NCBI GenBank assembly: GCA_020137815.1 | Contig: CM035353.1 | Coordinates: 4,588,001-4,652,000, forward strand | Length of the DNA: 64,000 bases | Source of the DNA: Hormiphora californensis | Taxonomy: Eukaryota > Animalia > Ctenophora | Reading direction: 5' to 3' | Shown here: in pieces, positions 13,667 to 27,116 of the stretch | How the letters are laid out: every line of letters begins with the position of its first letter | How positions within the stretch are numbered: position 1 is the stretch's first letter | The notes under the pieces: generated by a model | What the model saw: the letters and a program-made list of their open reading frames with translations, nothing else | Database searches by the model: none | What the model was told of the DNA's origin: nothing | Position numbers and translations under genes: made by a program

Positions 13667-14951
13667 GGGTACACCTGGCGTTTTTCATCATCGAGTGCCC
13701 AACCCAATGACTTCACCAGGGTTTAGGCCATACAAAATGGACCCAAATATGCATTTTTAGCCCTAAGTCGAATTCATATTTTTGCTACAGCCTATTTTCA
13801 AAGTGGCGTTTTTTCAATTTTTTTTGAAATTTTAACCTCAGGACCACTTTTTTTGAGATAGAAACATTAAATTCTTGGAATTTGAAGAGAATATAAAGGT
13901 GAATAAGCCCAAAGAAGGATTTTTTGAAATAGGCTTATTTCTGGCCATGAGAACGGTTTACTTTTTGCTTCTTTGAGCACGCTGGCTGAGAATGTTCCCA
14001 TGCTTCATTAGAGATGAAAATCTGGAAATAGTTGCTCAAAACGATTATCTATGTGGCCAAATTTTGGAACTTTCCGCCAAAGATGTGGTGTACAGAGCTT
14101 TTTTTGTGAAACCTGTCTTTTTGAAAAAGAGGGAAATTCCCTGTATCTCAAAAAACGATGATCGTAAAGACCTGGGACCAAGCTTAATCGATTCAGAAGG
14201 TCCGATTTTGGGGGGGTCTTCTGAGAGACATTTTGCTCCTACTCCAACCGTTTTTGCTGTAATTGCGAAAAAGGTATCAGCAAGTAAGGGGGAAATCAGC
14301 CCGAAGCAGGCTACTGGAATAGAGTTGTTTCCCCTTTTCATAGAATTAGTTTTTGCAATTACAGCAAAATCTGTTGGAGTAGGAGCAAAATGTCTCTCAG
14401 AAGACCCCCCCAAAATCGGACCTTCTGAATCGATTAAGCTTGGTCCCAGGTCTCTATGATCATCCGTTTTTGAGATACAGGGAATTCCCTCTTTTTCAAA
14501 AAGACAGGTTTCACAAAAAAAGCTCGGTACACCACATCTTTGGCGGGAAAGTTCCAAAATTTTGGGCACACATAGATAATCGTTTTGGAGCAACTATTCC
14601 AGATTTTCATCTCTAATGAAGCATGGAACATTCTCAGCCAGCGTGTCAAAGAAGCAAAAAGTAAACCGTTCTCATGGCCAGAAATAAGCTCCATTTCAAA
14701 AATCCTTCTTTGGCTTATTCACTTTATATTCTCTTCAAATTCAAGAATTTATGTTTCTATCTCAAAAAAAGTGGTCCTGAGGTAAAATTTCACAAAAATT
14801 GAAAAAACGCCACTTTGAAAATAGGCTGTAGCAAAAATATGAATTCGACTTTAGGGCTAAAATTGCATATTTGAGGTCCATTTTGTATGGCCTAAACCCT
14901 GGTGAAGTCATTTGGTTGGGCACTCGATGATGAAAAACGCCAGGTGTACCC
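13667..14951. mobile_element. Foldback MITE, Kolobok-like (TTAA TSD)
   Basis: TTAA|GGGTACACCTGGCG...CGCCAGGTGTACCC|TTAA; near-perfect ~600-bp inverted arms; splits a module that is uninterrupted at 51540-51820. Confidence 0.9.
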
Positions 14952-17900
14952 TTAAACGGTTATGTTTAAACCTAATTATCCAATTATCTAATTAACCGGA
15001 TGAGATAGGACTTAATTTCAGCACCTCCACTAATTCGAGAACGCTGAACATTTCAGTGCCCCGTTGTGTCTCTACTCCTTTCTAACATGGCTATATATAG
15101 CCATATGGCCAGCAAACGGCTATATGTGCAGGTCTAATATCCATAATTAACAATTATCCAATTAACAGATGAGATAAGACTTTATTCTGGCATCTAACCC
15201 CCACTATGGGAGGACACTGAACACATTTGGTGCCCTTAATTTTATCTCTACTCCTTTCCTAAGGGTAGATACAGCGTTTTTCTCCTATGATGCTCAATTA
15301 CCAATCAATTAGGGGCTAATTACACACCTTCCCCAAAAAATTGAGACTGACATTTTGGTTTTTTATTTCAGGGGGCCTATACCTAGAATTTACAACCGGA
15401 ATTGGCTTGCCGCTAGTGAGTTTCTATGTCGAAACACGTTTGACATGCTTAGTAGGTGACACAGACAACTTCAAAAAATGGCGCTCACGGAGCTCATTCT
15501 CGGCAATGTCCATATGGCGCCACATGATCATGTGGCGCCATTACATGTGGCGCCATTATCATGTGGCGCCATTAATGTGGCGCTAATGTGTGGCGCCATT
15601 GACCTACCGCCACGACAACAGTTGCGCCAAACCATACCATTGCATACCCGCCAGAGGTTTTTAAAATGTGGCGCCCACTCCGTGGTGTGGCGCCACTCAG
15701 AAATCGGTTTTTTTTGTTAGCGCCATAAGTTGGCGCCATATTCAACAAATGGCGCCACACGCCACCGCCATCCAAGTACCGCCAGAGCATTTATGGCGCC
15801 ACTCCCGTGGTGTGGCGCCACTCCCCGAACCGCCATATGGCGTGTTTGGCGCCAAAATTTTCCATGTGGCGATTGACTACCGCATGGCGGGACTACCAAC
15901 CTTGGCGCCATTTTGGCGCCAATTGGCGGTTGTGCGCAGTCGCCAAATTTTGGCGCCATTTGGCGCTAAAAATATCGCCACATGGCGCCACGTGGCGCCA
16001 AGTTTTGGCGCCAATTTGGCGCCAAATGGCGCCAAAAAGTGTGCACGACCTTAACTACCATACTACCAAAAAATGATACACTACGTTATCTGTAAAAGAT
16101 TTGTAAATGAAAAAACGAAAATGATAAACGATCTAACAGATTTAAAAAAAAGAATTAAAAAAAGATAAATCATTAAAATAAGAATAAATCATTAAAAAAA
16201 AGATAAATCATTATAATAAGAATTAAAATAAGAATAAATCATTAAAAAAAAGATAAATCATTATAATAAGAATTACATGAAACAGTAAAGAATGAATCAG
16301 ACGTACAAGTATGTATAAAATATTGGGTGAAGACACAAAACTTAAAAAGTTGAGAAAAAGTGTAATAAAGATGAAACAAAAAATGTTGAAAAAGTTATAA
16401 CACGAGAAACACGAGAACTAAAGTTATACATATTGGAAAGACCATCTAGTATAGGTTATTAATAGCAATACGTGCATCTTTTCCATGTCAAGGAGTTCCA
16501 AGCACTCCAAGACCACACCTGGGACCGCATGAACTCCAGGACCAGTATCCTTGCTCTCGCCAGAAGCCTGGTGATGGAGGACTCCAGCTGATGGAGGCTG
16601 GCCACACGAACTCCGAGTTCGTTCCTTACTGCATCATTGATGCCAGTTCGGAGCGTCTCCAGGATGTCCCAATCCAGGTTCGAATGTCCGGGCGAGGTAC
16701 CTGTTACCGAGCTCTTCTGGGACCAAATTATCATGGATTCCACTGGATCCGTCTCTCCTTCTCTATTGGGATGTGTCATGTCACTAGGGAGTTCCAGGCA
16801 CTTTGTGTCCACACCTGGCACCGTATAAATTCCAGGACCAGTAGCAACATAACAGTGTGTTCTCTATGCCCTGTCAGGGATTTTTTAATGATCCGGATGC
16901 TCATATAAGATGTTTCACCTAAATTATCGATTTAAATCGTAAGGGAATTAGTGGTTGCAAAACGCATAGTCACAGATTTTAATAACAACATAAACCATCT
17001 CATCATATTCTAAGCAAATAGTATACTTAACTAGAGCTATATAGGTAAAACAAAAAGCTATAATAACAAGCAGTGAGTGTCCTAAACTGTTTGAAACGTT
17101 TACAAACTAACCAAAACATTCAGCTTTCACAAACACCATTCATTATGTGTTGGAGCCTTATCTTCTTAAACATAACTATGTATCTTTTCATCCAGGATCT
17201 CAGTTTCTTACTGGTTCCAGGAATTTGGCTTTCATTTGGTTAGAAGATATTTTGACCTTCCCTGCATATGAGAGGTCATTAGAAGGTTCTCCAAGTCTTG
17301 GAAGGGGGAGGTCTTGGGATATAAGTCTTCGTGCTTAACACCTGAAAGACGCTCTAGGGTTAGAATAGCAAGGAGATCCTGTCTCACTCGCTCTATATGA
17401 ACGGTAAGTTCTTTCGCCCACCTTTCTTTCTGTTCGTCGTTATACGTCGTGAATGTCCTATATCAGTCGGAACCTTATGTTTGCCAGAATTCTCTTTAAA
17501 ATAGTTTTTTTTTTCAAATTCAATCGACCTGACGAAAATGGGATCAAAATTAAACGGGGCCAGTAGAGTCTACTTTTAGTGTAGTATATGACTCCCTAGT
17601 AGTCTGGACATTGTTCTGTCCAAATATTCCCTGCTCGATCTTCTAAAACAGGGACCTTTTTTCTCGTTTATATGAAATAAGTGATCCACGAGTTACATAC
17701 TTATATATCGCGTATACCTACTACTATAAAGCTATAATACACACTATGAATATATAATTTAACACATTATGTCGTACAGCATCCAGTACATTGCCAGGTT
17801 GCTGCAGATCATCGATCAGAGACTTTATTTCTCCTTCCATCTGATCGAGGCATACACCAATCCTTATTATCCTAATTATGATGCTATTATGAAAGTCCGG

Positions 17901-18339
17901 TTATTTAGTATACTATGCTCCTGAGGGGAGGACATCACCATGTTCCCGGGTATTATATATATTATATTATATATATATATAGTTGTTGAGAGTAAAGACC
18001 CAGTCACGGGCTTTCTCGGTGTAGTTGGTTTTGGGCATGTTAAGCTGAACTAAGGAAAAATAATTGATAATATTTAATCGTTTATAAAATTTACTAAGGG
18101 AGGACCGAGGAGCCCTTAGCTGCAGCAGACGCTGGGGTCCCTAGTGTGTACGGATTTTATGTGTGTATTGAATTCCTTACCTTTGTATGTAAACCTAAAA
18201 TAGTTCTTCCCAGTAATAAGCATGGGTACATACATACTGACAGAGCCAGTAGTCATAGATCGGCATGATGTGTTAAATTCTATACCCAATAACCAACGTC
18301 GTTTTTCATTAGCCTAGTTTTCCATAGATATGCTATTTC

Positions 18340-18590
18340 ATGCAACACATCCTACAGAGTTGCAGAATATTGTGTATTGACGGGTTTTATCAGACCACCT
18401 TTTTTTTTTGACATAGATTTCATATGAAGCCGGAGCTCTACATGTACTAGTAAAACACCCTTCAATGTTAGTCCATTGACAGGGCTGTAGTGGCAATGAT
18501 AATTCTAATATTGCCCTGGGTGTTTTGCAGACCATCAACTAATTCTTTTTTAATAGATCGCTTATTTGAGCGGTGTCTGACAGAGTTGAA
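18340..18590 (-). pseudogene. RecQ-like helicase fragment, copy B (frameshifted)
   Basis: Paralogous to 10069-10281 within the duplication. Confidence 0.65.
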
Positions 18591-19308
18591 CAAAAGATAA
18601 TGATGACGTTATCCAACTCTTGGAGCTCTAGATTAAGTGCCGCGGTGTACTTCATGAAGCTTCACGTAATCCAAACTCCTCACTGTCTATCGTCATTTTC
18701 CGTCCAACATTTGACAGTTTTATGTCAACCAATCAATTCATAGACAGTTTTATATCAATAAAAAAATTCAAATCTTAACACGACATTTATTAGGCTCAGT
18801 AAAATGTTGCTTTCCCGAAAGATGAATAGACAGTTTTATACCAATCAAATCTACAATGTTTATAATTTCAATGAAGTTAAAAATACTCTACAGTAAAAGC
18901 AAGTCCGAAAAAAGATGATACAGGTCAGAAAATATGATGCAAAAGTGAAGAAAAAACAGAAATGATGAATAAAGTAAAAACTGATACACTATGTAATCTG
19001 TAAAAGATTTTTAAATGAAAAAAACGAAAATGATAAACGATCTAACAGAATTAAAGTAAAGATAAATCATTAATAAGAATTACATGAAACAGTAAAGAAT
19101 GAATCAGACGTACAAGTGTGTATAAACTATTGGATGAAGTTAAAAAAGTTAAAAAGTTGAGAAAAAGTGTAATAAAGATGAAACAAAAAATGTTGAAAAA
19201 GTGAAAATAGTAATAACACGAGAAACACGAGAACTAAAGTTATACATATTGGAAAGACCATCTAGTCTAGGTTATTAATAGCAATACGTACATCATTTCG
19301 GAAATGGC

Positions 19309-19515
19309 TCAAAATAATTGCCGCGGCAATATATTTTGAGTCACTTCATACAGACCATTAATTTTCCTCGCTTCAGTGGCTTTATCCTCCGGATTAGGAA
19401 GGAGATCATACTTTGGGAGGGGGGTACCATTAGTCAAGAACTCATTAACAGCATCAATATACTGGGAGGGGACATTATAATCACTTACCTTTGCATAAAC
19501 TCCGAACTTTACCTG
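19309..19515 (-). pseudogene. Exon-like fragment paralogous to 28240-28370 (putative transposase C-terminal part)
   Basis: VKFGVYAKVSDY...GTPLPKYDLLPN here vs VKLGVNAKVSDY...PKYDPLPN at 28.3 kb. Confidence 0.5.
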
Positions 19516-20957
19516 ATATAAATGACAAAGCATTTACAAATACAACATATATACCTTCAGTAGTATACTATTAATATATCACGTAATATATAATATATAG
19601 ACGTAAGGCGGTGGTCCTGAGAGGAAATGAGATATCTCCCAGAGGTCACCCAGAATCCGGTTGCCGACTCTTTCCAGCTCCAGCAAGTGAGCCAGTGATC
19701 CACTTGCAGTCGGATCCGTCTCTCCCTCTCCCTCAGTTCCTCTCCGGAGATGTATCATGTCAAGGAGTTCCAAGCACTCCAAGTCCTCACCTGGGACTGC
19801 ATGAACTCCAGGACCAGTATCCTTGCTCTCGCCAGGAACCTGGTGATGGAGGACTCCAGCTGATGGAGGCTGGCCACACGAACTCCGAGTTCGTTCCTTA
19901 CTGCATCATTGATGCCAGTTCGGAGCGTCTCCACTCTCCAGGATGTTCTCGTCCGAATCCAGGTTCGAATGTCCGGGCGAGGTACCTGTTACCGAGCTCT
20001 TCTGGGACCAAATCATCATGGATTCCACTTGTAGCTGGATCCGTCTCTCCTTCTCTCTTGGGATGTGTCATGTCACTAGAGATTTCCAGGCACTTTGTGT
20101 CCACACCTGGCACCGTATAATTCCAGGGCCAATAGCAACATAACAGTGTGTTCTTTATGCCCTGTCAGGGATTTTCTAATGATCCGGATGCTCATATAAG
20201 ATGTTTCACCTAAATGATCGATTTATAAAATCGTAAGGGAATTAGTGGTTGCAAAACGCATAATCACAGATTTTAATAACAACATAAACCACCTCATCAT
20301 ACTATAATCTAAGCAAATAGTATACTTAACTAGAGCTATAGGTAAAACAAAAAGCTATAATAACAAGCAGTGAGTGTCCTAAACTGTTTGAAACGTTTAC
20401 AAACTAACATTCACTCTTCACAAACACCATCCATTATGAAGCCCTTAATCTTCTTAAACATAACTAAGTGTCTTTTCATCCAGGCCAGCTCAGTTTTTTT
20501 ACTGGTTCCAGGAAATTGGTTTTCATTTGGTTGGAAGATATTTTGACCTTCCCTGCATATGAGAGGTCATTAGAAGGTTCTCCAAGTCTTGGAAGGGGGA
20601 GGTCTTGGGGTATAAGTCTTGATCGTGCTTAATACCTGAAAGACGCTCTAGAGTTAGAATAGCAAGGAGATCCTGTTTCACTGATCGCTCTCTATGAACG
20701 GTGAGTTCTTTCGCCTTTCACCTTTCTCTCTGTTCGTCTTTATACGTCGTAACTGTCCTATATCAGTCGGAACCTTATGTTTGCCAGACTTCTCTTTAAA
20801 ATAGTTTTTTTTTCAAATTCAATCGACCTGACGAAAATCGGATCAAAGTTAAACGGGGCCAGTACTGTCTACTTTTTTGTGTAGTATATGACATCTTTAT
20901 TAATTATGTCTCCCTAGTTGTCTGGACATTGTTCTGTCCAAATATTCCCTGCTCGAT

Positions 20958-21490
20958 CCCCCATAGGAATTTCGCGCGGAGGAACCTGCATTCTCCAGCC
21001 TTTTCGTCACGCGAATGAAGGTGATTATCCAAGAAAAAACTAGCTAAATTCCTGGAGAAAACAGGCATTAGTGCAGTCATTGTCTACTGCCGCGTTCCCC
21101 CTTTCAACTTTGTCTGGTGTATCTCAGAAAATATTTAACTTACAGACTCCCAAAAAACGGGAGGTAACATAATATTGTAGAAAGTATAATACTATCTGGG
21201 TTTTATTTAGATTAATGCACAGATACATAGCTATAGTTAGTGACACTTGGTGTCATAATTTTCTCCCATTGTTGTAGGTATTCACTTGACAGCTACCCCC
21301 TCTTTCTCTCCCATTCTCGCCCCTCTCCAGCCAGACAGTGTTGAAAGGGGGAACGCGGCAGTAGACAATGACTGCACTAATGCCTGTTTTCTCCAGGAAT
21401 TTAGCTAGTTTTTTCTTGGATAATCACCTTCATTCGCGTGACGAAAAGGCTGGAGAATGCAGGTTCCTCCGCGCGAAATTCCTATGGGGG
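20958..21490. mobile_element. MITE with ~150-bp TIRs (CCCCCATAGG...CCTATGGGGG)
   Basis: Inverted arms 20958-21107 and 21341-21490. Absent from the paralogous site at 17640. No clean TSD. Confidence 0.85.
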
Positions 21491-21711
21491 AGGGACCTTT
21501 TTTCTCGTTTATATGAAATAAGTGATCCACGAGTTACATACTTAATACTATAAAGCTATAATACACATTATGAATATATAATTTAACACATTATGTCGTA
21601 CAGCATCCAGTACATTGCCAAGTTGTTGCATATCCTCGATCAGAGACTTTAATTCTCCTTCCATCTGATCGAGGCATACACCAATCCTTTGATTATTACT
21701 AATGGACTGAA

Positions 21712-22477
21712 GGTACTACCCGCATCCTCCATATCCTTAAATCGATAGTGTTTACGCAGTGAATACAGAGTGAATACGCAGTGAATACAGAGCGAATGCA
21801 GAGTGAATGCAGAGCGAATGCAGAGTGAATGCAGAGTGAATGCAGAGCGAATGCAGAGTGAATGGAGAGTGAATGCAGAGTGGTTCCAGAGTGAATACGC
21901 AGTGAATGCAGAGTGAATACGCAATCATTGGGGATATCCTACCAGAACTGTTTACGCAGTGAATACAGGGTGAATACGCAGTGAATACAGAGCGAATGCA
22001 GAGTGAATGCAGAGCGAATGCAGAGTGAATGCAGAGTGAATGCAGAGCGAATGCAGAGTGAATGGAGAGTGAATGCAGAGTGGTTCCAGAGTGAATACGC
22101 AGTGAATGCAGAGTGAATACGCAATCATTGGGGATATCCTACCAGAACTGTTTACGCAGTGAATACAGGGTGAATACGCAGTGAATACAGAGTGAATGCA
22201 GAGCGAATGCAGAGCGAATGCAGAGCGAATGCAGAGCGAATACGCAATCATTGGTAATATCCTACCAGAACTAGAATGCCGTAAATACAAACGAGAAGAG
22301 GGAGAAAAGATCGAACAATTTATTATCTGACACAGTATCTGATTTCTGATTCCTAGTTTGCGTGTGATGTATATATTGTATAGTTCCTATTTCGTGTATT
22401 TTAGATATTAGACATGTGACCTTATTTTTAGCAGCTGATGATGTCGATGAGAGAGAGAGAGAGAGATAGAGAGAGAG

Positions 22478-22547
<70 letters not shown>

Positions 22548-22561
22548 GAGGAGAGGATAGA

Positions 22562-22638
<77 letters not shown>

Positions 22639-23168
22639 AAACCACCTTTTTTCGGGTTGTAGCAACAATATCCAATTTTTCTATCACTGCGTATTTACGG
22701 CATTCTAGTTCTGGTAGGATATTACCAATGATTGCGTATTCGCTCTGCATTCGCTCTGCATTCGCTCTGCATTCGCTCTGCATTCACTCTGTATTCGCCC
22801 TGTATTCACTGCGTAAACAGTTCTGGTAGGATATTACCAATGATTGCGTATTCGCTCTGCATTCGCTCTGCATTCGCTCTGCATTCACTCTGTATTCACT
22901 GCGTATTCACCCTGTATTCACTGCGTAAACAGTTCTGGTAGGATATCCCCAATGATTGCGTATTCACTCTGCATTCACTGCGTATTCACTCTGGAACCAC
23001 TCTGCATTCACTCTGCATTCACTCTGCATTCGCTCTGCATTCACTCTGCATTCACTCTGCATTCGCTCTGCATTCACTCTGCATTCGCTCTGTATTCACT
23101 GCGTATTCACTCTGTATTCACTGCATAAACACTATCGATTTAAGGATATGGAGGATGCGGGTAGTACC
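21712..23168. mobile_element. Merlin-like MITE with 11-bp tandem repeats in its arms
   Basis: TIRs GGTACTACCCGCATCCTCCATATCCTTAAATCGATAGTG; 8-bp TSD GGACTGAA (21704-21711 and 23169-23176); GCAGAGTGAAT arrays on both arms; central (GA)n at 22448-22636. Confidence 0.92.
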
Positions 23169-23731
23169 GGACTGAAGTCGATATTATTATGATGCTATTA
23201 TGAAAGTCCGGTTATTTAGTGTACTATACTCCTGAGGGGAGGATAATCCGGTAAATTAACATTACTATTTCAGAACAACGTGTACTTTCTAACTGGATAT
23301 AAACTTACGGTCCATTACCCTGTTATCACTGATTATGTAATCGGGGTCACAAAGCTTTATGAAACCCTCCTGTATGTATTTCTCCACGGTCCGGACCGAG
23401 GAGAAATACATAAGCATAAGGACCGGTCCTCCCTTAGTAAATTTTATAAACGATTGAATATTATCAATAATTTTCCTTACCTAAGCTTAGTTCAGCCAGA
23501 AACGAGTGAACAAGGCTGTCAAATCTATGGTAGCTGCTCTCTTGTTGTCAATTATATGGCAATTATATGTGTATGTTCCAGGGGAGTTGGCTGATTCAGG
23601 GTTATGCAGAATTTTCATTTGATTTGCATTGTGCTTTTCCTGTGGAAAGTCGAAATTAAGTACAGGTCACTCCTATAGCTAAGGCCGTGTCAAGTTAATT
23701 GCTAAACTAATTTAATAACATCATCCATTAC

Positions 23732-24184
23732 CTTAGCATGCCAATGCTCAAACACGTAATGTGGTTTGTGGCTGGCGTCGTCAGGCTCATTTACCTTTTA
23801 GAGATATGCTTGCAGGTGTCTCTCATATGTGAACAAATCACCGCCACAAAGCACCTTCGTTTTGCCATTTGCGGGTATGTAAGGCTTGTAATCCTCCAAA
23901 ATGTCGGAGGTCTCGCTTTTGTCGAGCAGTCTCAATGGCACGACCGCTTTCATATTTTTCATAACACCAGAGTAGAGATGTTGGATGTGCCTCGGGAAGT
24001 TTCCTTCATATTACTTTAACTCGGGAATATTATCCACGAGAACACGTTCACAAATGACAGCTACGGCTTCAAGAAGTTTCTCCAAGTCTTCAACACTTGA
24101 AAGAAGGTCTTTAGCTTTTAGCATTGAAATTGGGATCTCTGGTTCGTTATCACATCGTTCTCGAGGTAGTACATATAATCTCAT
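23732..24184 (-). pseudogene. DUF6589-like / AcademH transposase exon with two premature stops
   Basis: AG...GT-bounded 453-bp exon. Translation ...ICERVLVDNIPELK*YEGNFPRHIQHLYSGVMKNMKAVVPLRLLDKSE...KVLCGGDLFTYERHLQAYL*...VFEHWHAK matches the recalled GGDQLT...WH signature. Confidence 0.8.
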
Positions 24185-24559
24185 CTATCTGTTAGAGAGA
24201 GTCCAATCATTAGTTACACAGTCTCTAGAGAATAGACTGATAATTTGAAGCCGAGTTTGGATCGGCCAGACTAGGCTCGTGTAGATGACGATTGATTCCC
24301 TTTGGCCTTTACCTACCTTACAGTATAAATGAAGTTCCTTATCCAGTGTCCCAGCATATATTCCTTTTATTACACGGTCAAGGTTGTCCCCAATAAGTTT
24401 GTAGGATCAGATATTCTTGTACTCAAGAAGGGTAGCTGTACTAGATTGTGCAATGCACAGTCCACCGAGCCTGTTTATCGCCATCTTGGCGTCTTTGGCT
24501 TTCGTAAATTGGAAAAAAGGGCATTTTTCCAATACTCTCGAGTTGAACGTGTGTATTCT

Positions 24560-24800
24560 TATCAGAATTCCAGACTAACGTCTGCACCAACAAATCATTT
24601 GTCTCTGCACCAGCCGATTTGATGGCTGTTAGTGTCGTTTTCCAGACGACAGTCAGTCCAATTCTCCCCAACACAGTTATTCCGTTGTCCGACAACCCTT
24701 GACTTTGGAGATAGGTGGACATCTGTCCTGCACGGACGAGTACTCGGCGTCTGCAGTTGACATTGCTCCGTCGAACACCAACTTTTCCCCGTTTATACCT
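24560..24800 (-). pseudogene. Upstream transposase fragment (AcademH-like), duplicated at 28790-29030
   Basis: MSTYLQSQGLSDNGITVLGRIGLTVVWKTTLTAI; near-identical copy in ORF 28718..28963. Confidence 0.55.
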
Positions 24801-25995
24801 ATATGCTGTCGCGTTTTTTATTAACTAAATTGAAATATATTATTCAGTCCATCACGAGTTTACCGGAAGTTTAATTGTGGTGGAGGTTGCTTAAGCGAAA
24901 AGTAATCTTGAAGTCTCTAGTCGTCTTACCTTTAGGTACCAGCTTCACTTTTCAGGTGGAAGATCTTTCACTTTTCAGCATTTATAGTACTATTATCAGC
25001 TTGAACTTTCGTATTATCTTGTTTTTCCTGGTGGACATTAATGCCCGCAAGGATCAATTGATTAGACCAAAGTACTTTATGTAGTCCTGTAATTCCTCGA
25101 AATCATTACTCACGATTGACCATAGATCGAGTTTCATTAAGCAGCTTGATACGTCCCTTTGTGACGTAGCACTAAATCCATTTTTCAGGATACTTGCCAG
25201 TGCCCTTATGGCGTCAGGAACATGAACATGAACAGGTGCTGGGGAGCGACAGGAATCCGCCCAGTGTTAGCAACAGGAGTCTGACCATTCTCATTATTAT
25301 CAGTATCAGGAATAATCACGGTGACAGGAACCTCTGGTAGAGTTCCAGCTGCATTATCAGACACCTCAGTTTCTTTAACAGTATTCTATATTCTATATCT
25401 AACATATACTATTAAACATGACACCTATCCTAACTTTATAATCTATTTCCCGTTATTTCTAATATTGAAAATACATAAAGAATCTGATAAAACTTTATTA
25501 AATTGCGCTGAAATCTCTGTCTAGGTGGTACCCTATTAGTACTAGTTAAGTTACTATTTTGATAATTATAAAGAACTCGAAACGCCTGAAAGTATACAAC
25601 TTTAATTCCTCCTTTAAAACCTCCACATTGGTGGTTGTGTGGCCTGGATGGCGCTTTATTATGGACACTGGAATAAACAATTTAGAACCACGACCGTATG
25701 ACCTTCTCGTTTTATTTACTAGAATCTGTACCCTGTCCAATTGCAATACTACTAATAAATCTGAAAAACACTTCTGGGGGGGGGGCGATAGCTCAGCTGG
25801 AAGGTGTCCCGCCAGTTCTCAGTAATGTTATCTAGACATTCGATCCTGGCTGTATCCAATTCCAGGTTCGCACTGTAATTGGATCCCCAATCTTTAGGCC
25901 TCAGAGAGCTAATCTCTAGGTCAATCTTTACGTCGCTCATAACCTCTAAGATAGAAGCGTGAGTGGCTCTCCTCTTATCCCCTGTATATGCCCGG

Positions 25996-26447
25996 TGAAG
26001 CTAAAGACATAAACTAAAGTGAGAAACTATAAGAGGCTGCCAAAGGAGGTCAATAGACAATCACGAGACACGGATGGCCCACAGCCAGGAAATACGTCAA
26101 TAGGCAATTAATAATCATGAGATCAGCCTTTCCCGGAGCAGTATAAAAGGAGGACAATCGACTCGATTCAGACCAAGTGTTGGGGGTATCAGACCCTCAA
26201 GAGTAGAGAGAGATGGCCAGCCAAAAGGTCCGCCGAGAAAGAGAGGCTAGTGATCCAAACCGAGTAGAGAGGTCTGGACACTAACCTGTTAGGGTCCAGT
26301 GCCGTTGTGTAATATATTATATGTGTGTGTGCATTATGATTGTTTAGTTTATACGCTTATTGTTGACACCAACCATAGTTGAGTCTTTTACTTTGATTAC
26401 ACGGCCTGTTATGATATAGGCCTTGCTCATGCACGAAACTGGAAACA
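25996..26447 (+). mobile_element. Possible solo LTR
   Basis: TG...CA ends, internal TATAAAAG, flanks CCGG/CCGC (imperfect 4-bp TSD); no PBS or PPT seen. Confidence 0.3.
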
Positions 26448-26666
26448 CCGCTATTGTCTTCGTGACTTTAGTGAGGCAATGCTAACCGTTTCCCCTCTCC
26501 AACTCCAGTGCCCTCTCTGCTGCCGAAACCCTTTCCCTCAACTTATCCTCCCTCTCTTCCGCCCTTCTCGCCGCCTATATTCCGTCAAATATTGTAACGG
26601 TCGCACGACCTCTCCCAATAAACCTGGAGATTCGTGGCGCCGTTACCTAATAATAAAATACTTTAA

Positions 26667-27116
26667 AGGTTGACAAGATACCTAAAACTTTTCGTATATC
26701 GTCTTATTTTGATTTATCATTAATTTTCAGCATTTTTTCAGAATTTTTTGTCGGCTAGAAATATGTGCAAAATAGGGGGTCTACTGACAAATGAGTGTGC
26801 CTTTTTTAAAATTGATATCGTAATATCTCCGGTTCCTGATGAGATACAGAAACCGTTTTGGTAGCGTTGGAAAGGTCTTATTGAGACCAATCCAACGCAA
26901 CCAAGATCAAGTCTTTATCTTTTGAGGAACCGGAAACGTGAATTTCAATTTGCGAGACGCAGTGAGTGTGCCCAGTAAAACCAGTGCTGACAATATCGGT
27001 AGACCCCCTATTTCGAATTTTTTTCTAGCCGACAAAAAATTCTGAAAAAATGCTGAAAATTAATGATAAATCAAAATAAGACGATATACGAAAAGTTTTA
27101 GGTATCTTGTCAACCT
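26667..27116. mobile_element. Kolobok-like MITE
   Basis: TTAA|AGGTTGACAAGATACCTAAAAC...GTTTTAGGTATCTTGTCAACCT|TTAA; ~95-bp TIRs. Confidence 0.92.

Larger units (their letters stand above)
10671..16067. mobile_element. Non-autonomous Merlin-like DNA transposon (5.4 kb, GGCGCC-rich) with nested inserts
   Basis: TIRs GGTAGTATGGTAGTTAAGGTCGTGC(G/A)CACTTTTTGGCGCC; 8-bp TSD AAAAAATG (10663-10670 and 16068-16075); an empty paralogous site is visible at ~18975 (aaagtaaaaactgatacac). Confidence 0.9.
9945..23243 (+). repeat. Local direct segmental duplication: copy A ~9945-10670 plus 16076-17930; copy B ~18260-23243
   Basis: Long colinear identity, e.g. 10230-10665 vs 18540-18980, 16280-16470 vs 19080-19290 and 16500-17880 vs 19760-21690. 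The copies differ by TE insertions. Confidence 0.9.

Noticed and set aside
10544-16076. Many WRH/LAP-rich ORFs
   Set aside because: Translations of GGCGCC repeats and palindromic MITE arms.
21649-23192. SAFTLHSLCI ORFs or a CRISPR-like array
   Set aside because: 11-bp tandem repeats without unique spacers, inside a TSD-flanked MITE; eukaryotic context and no cas genes.
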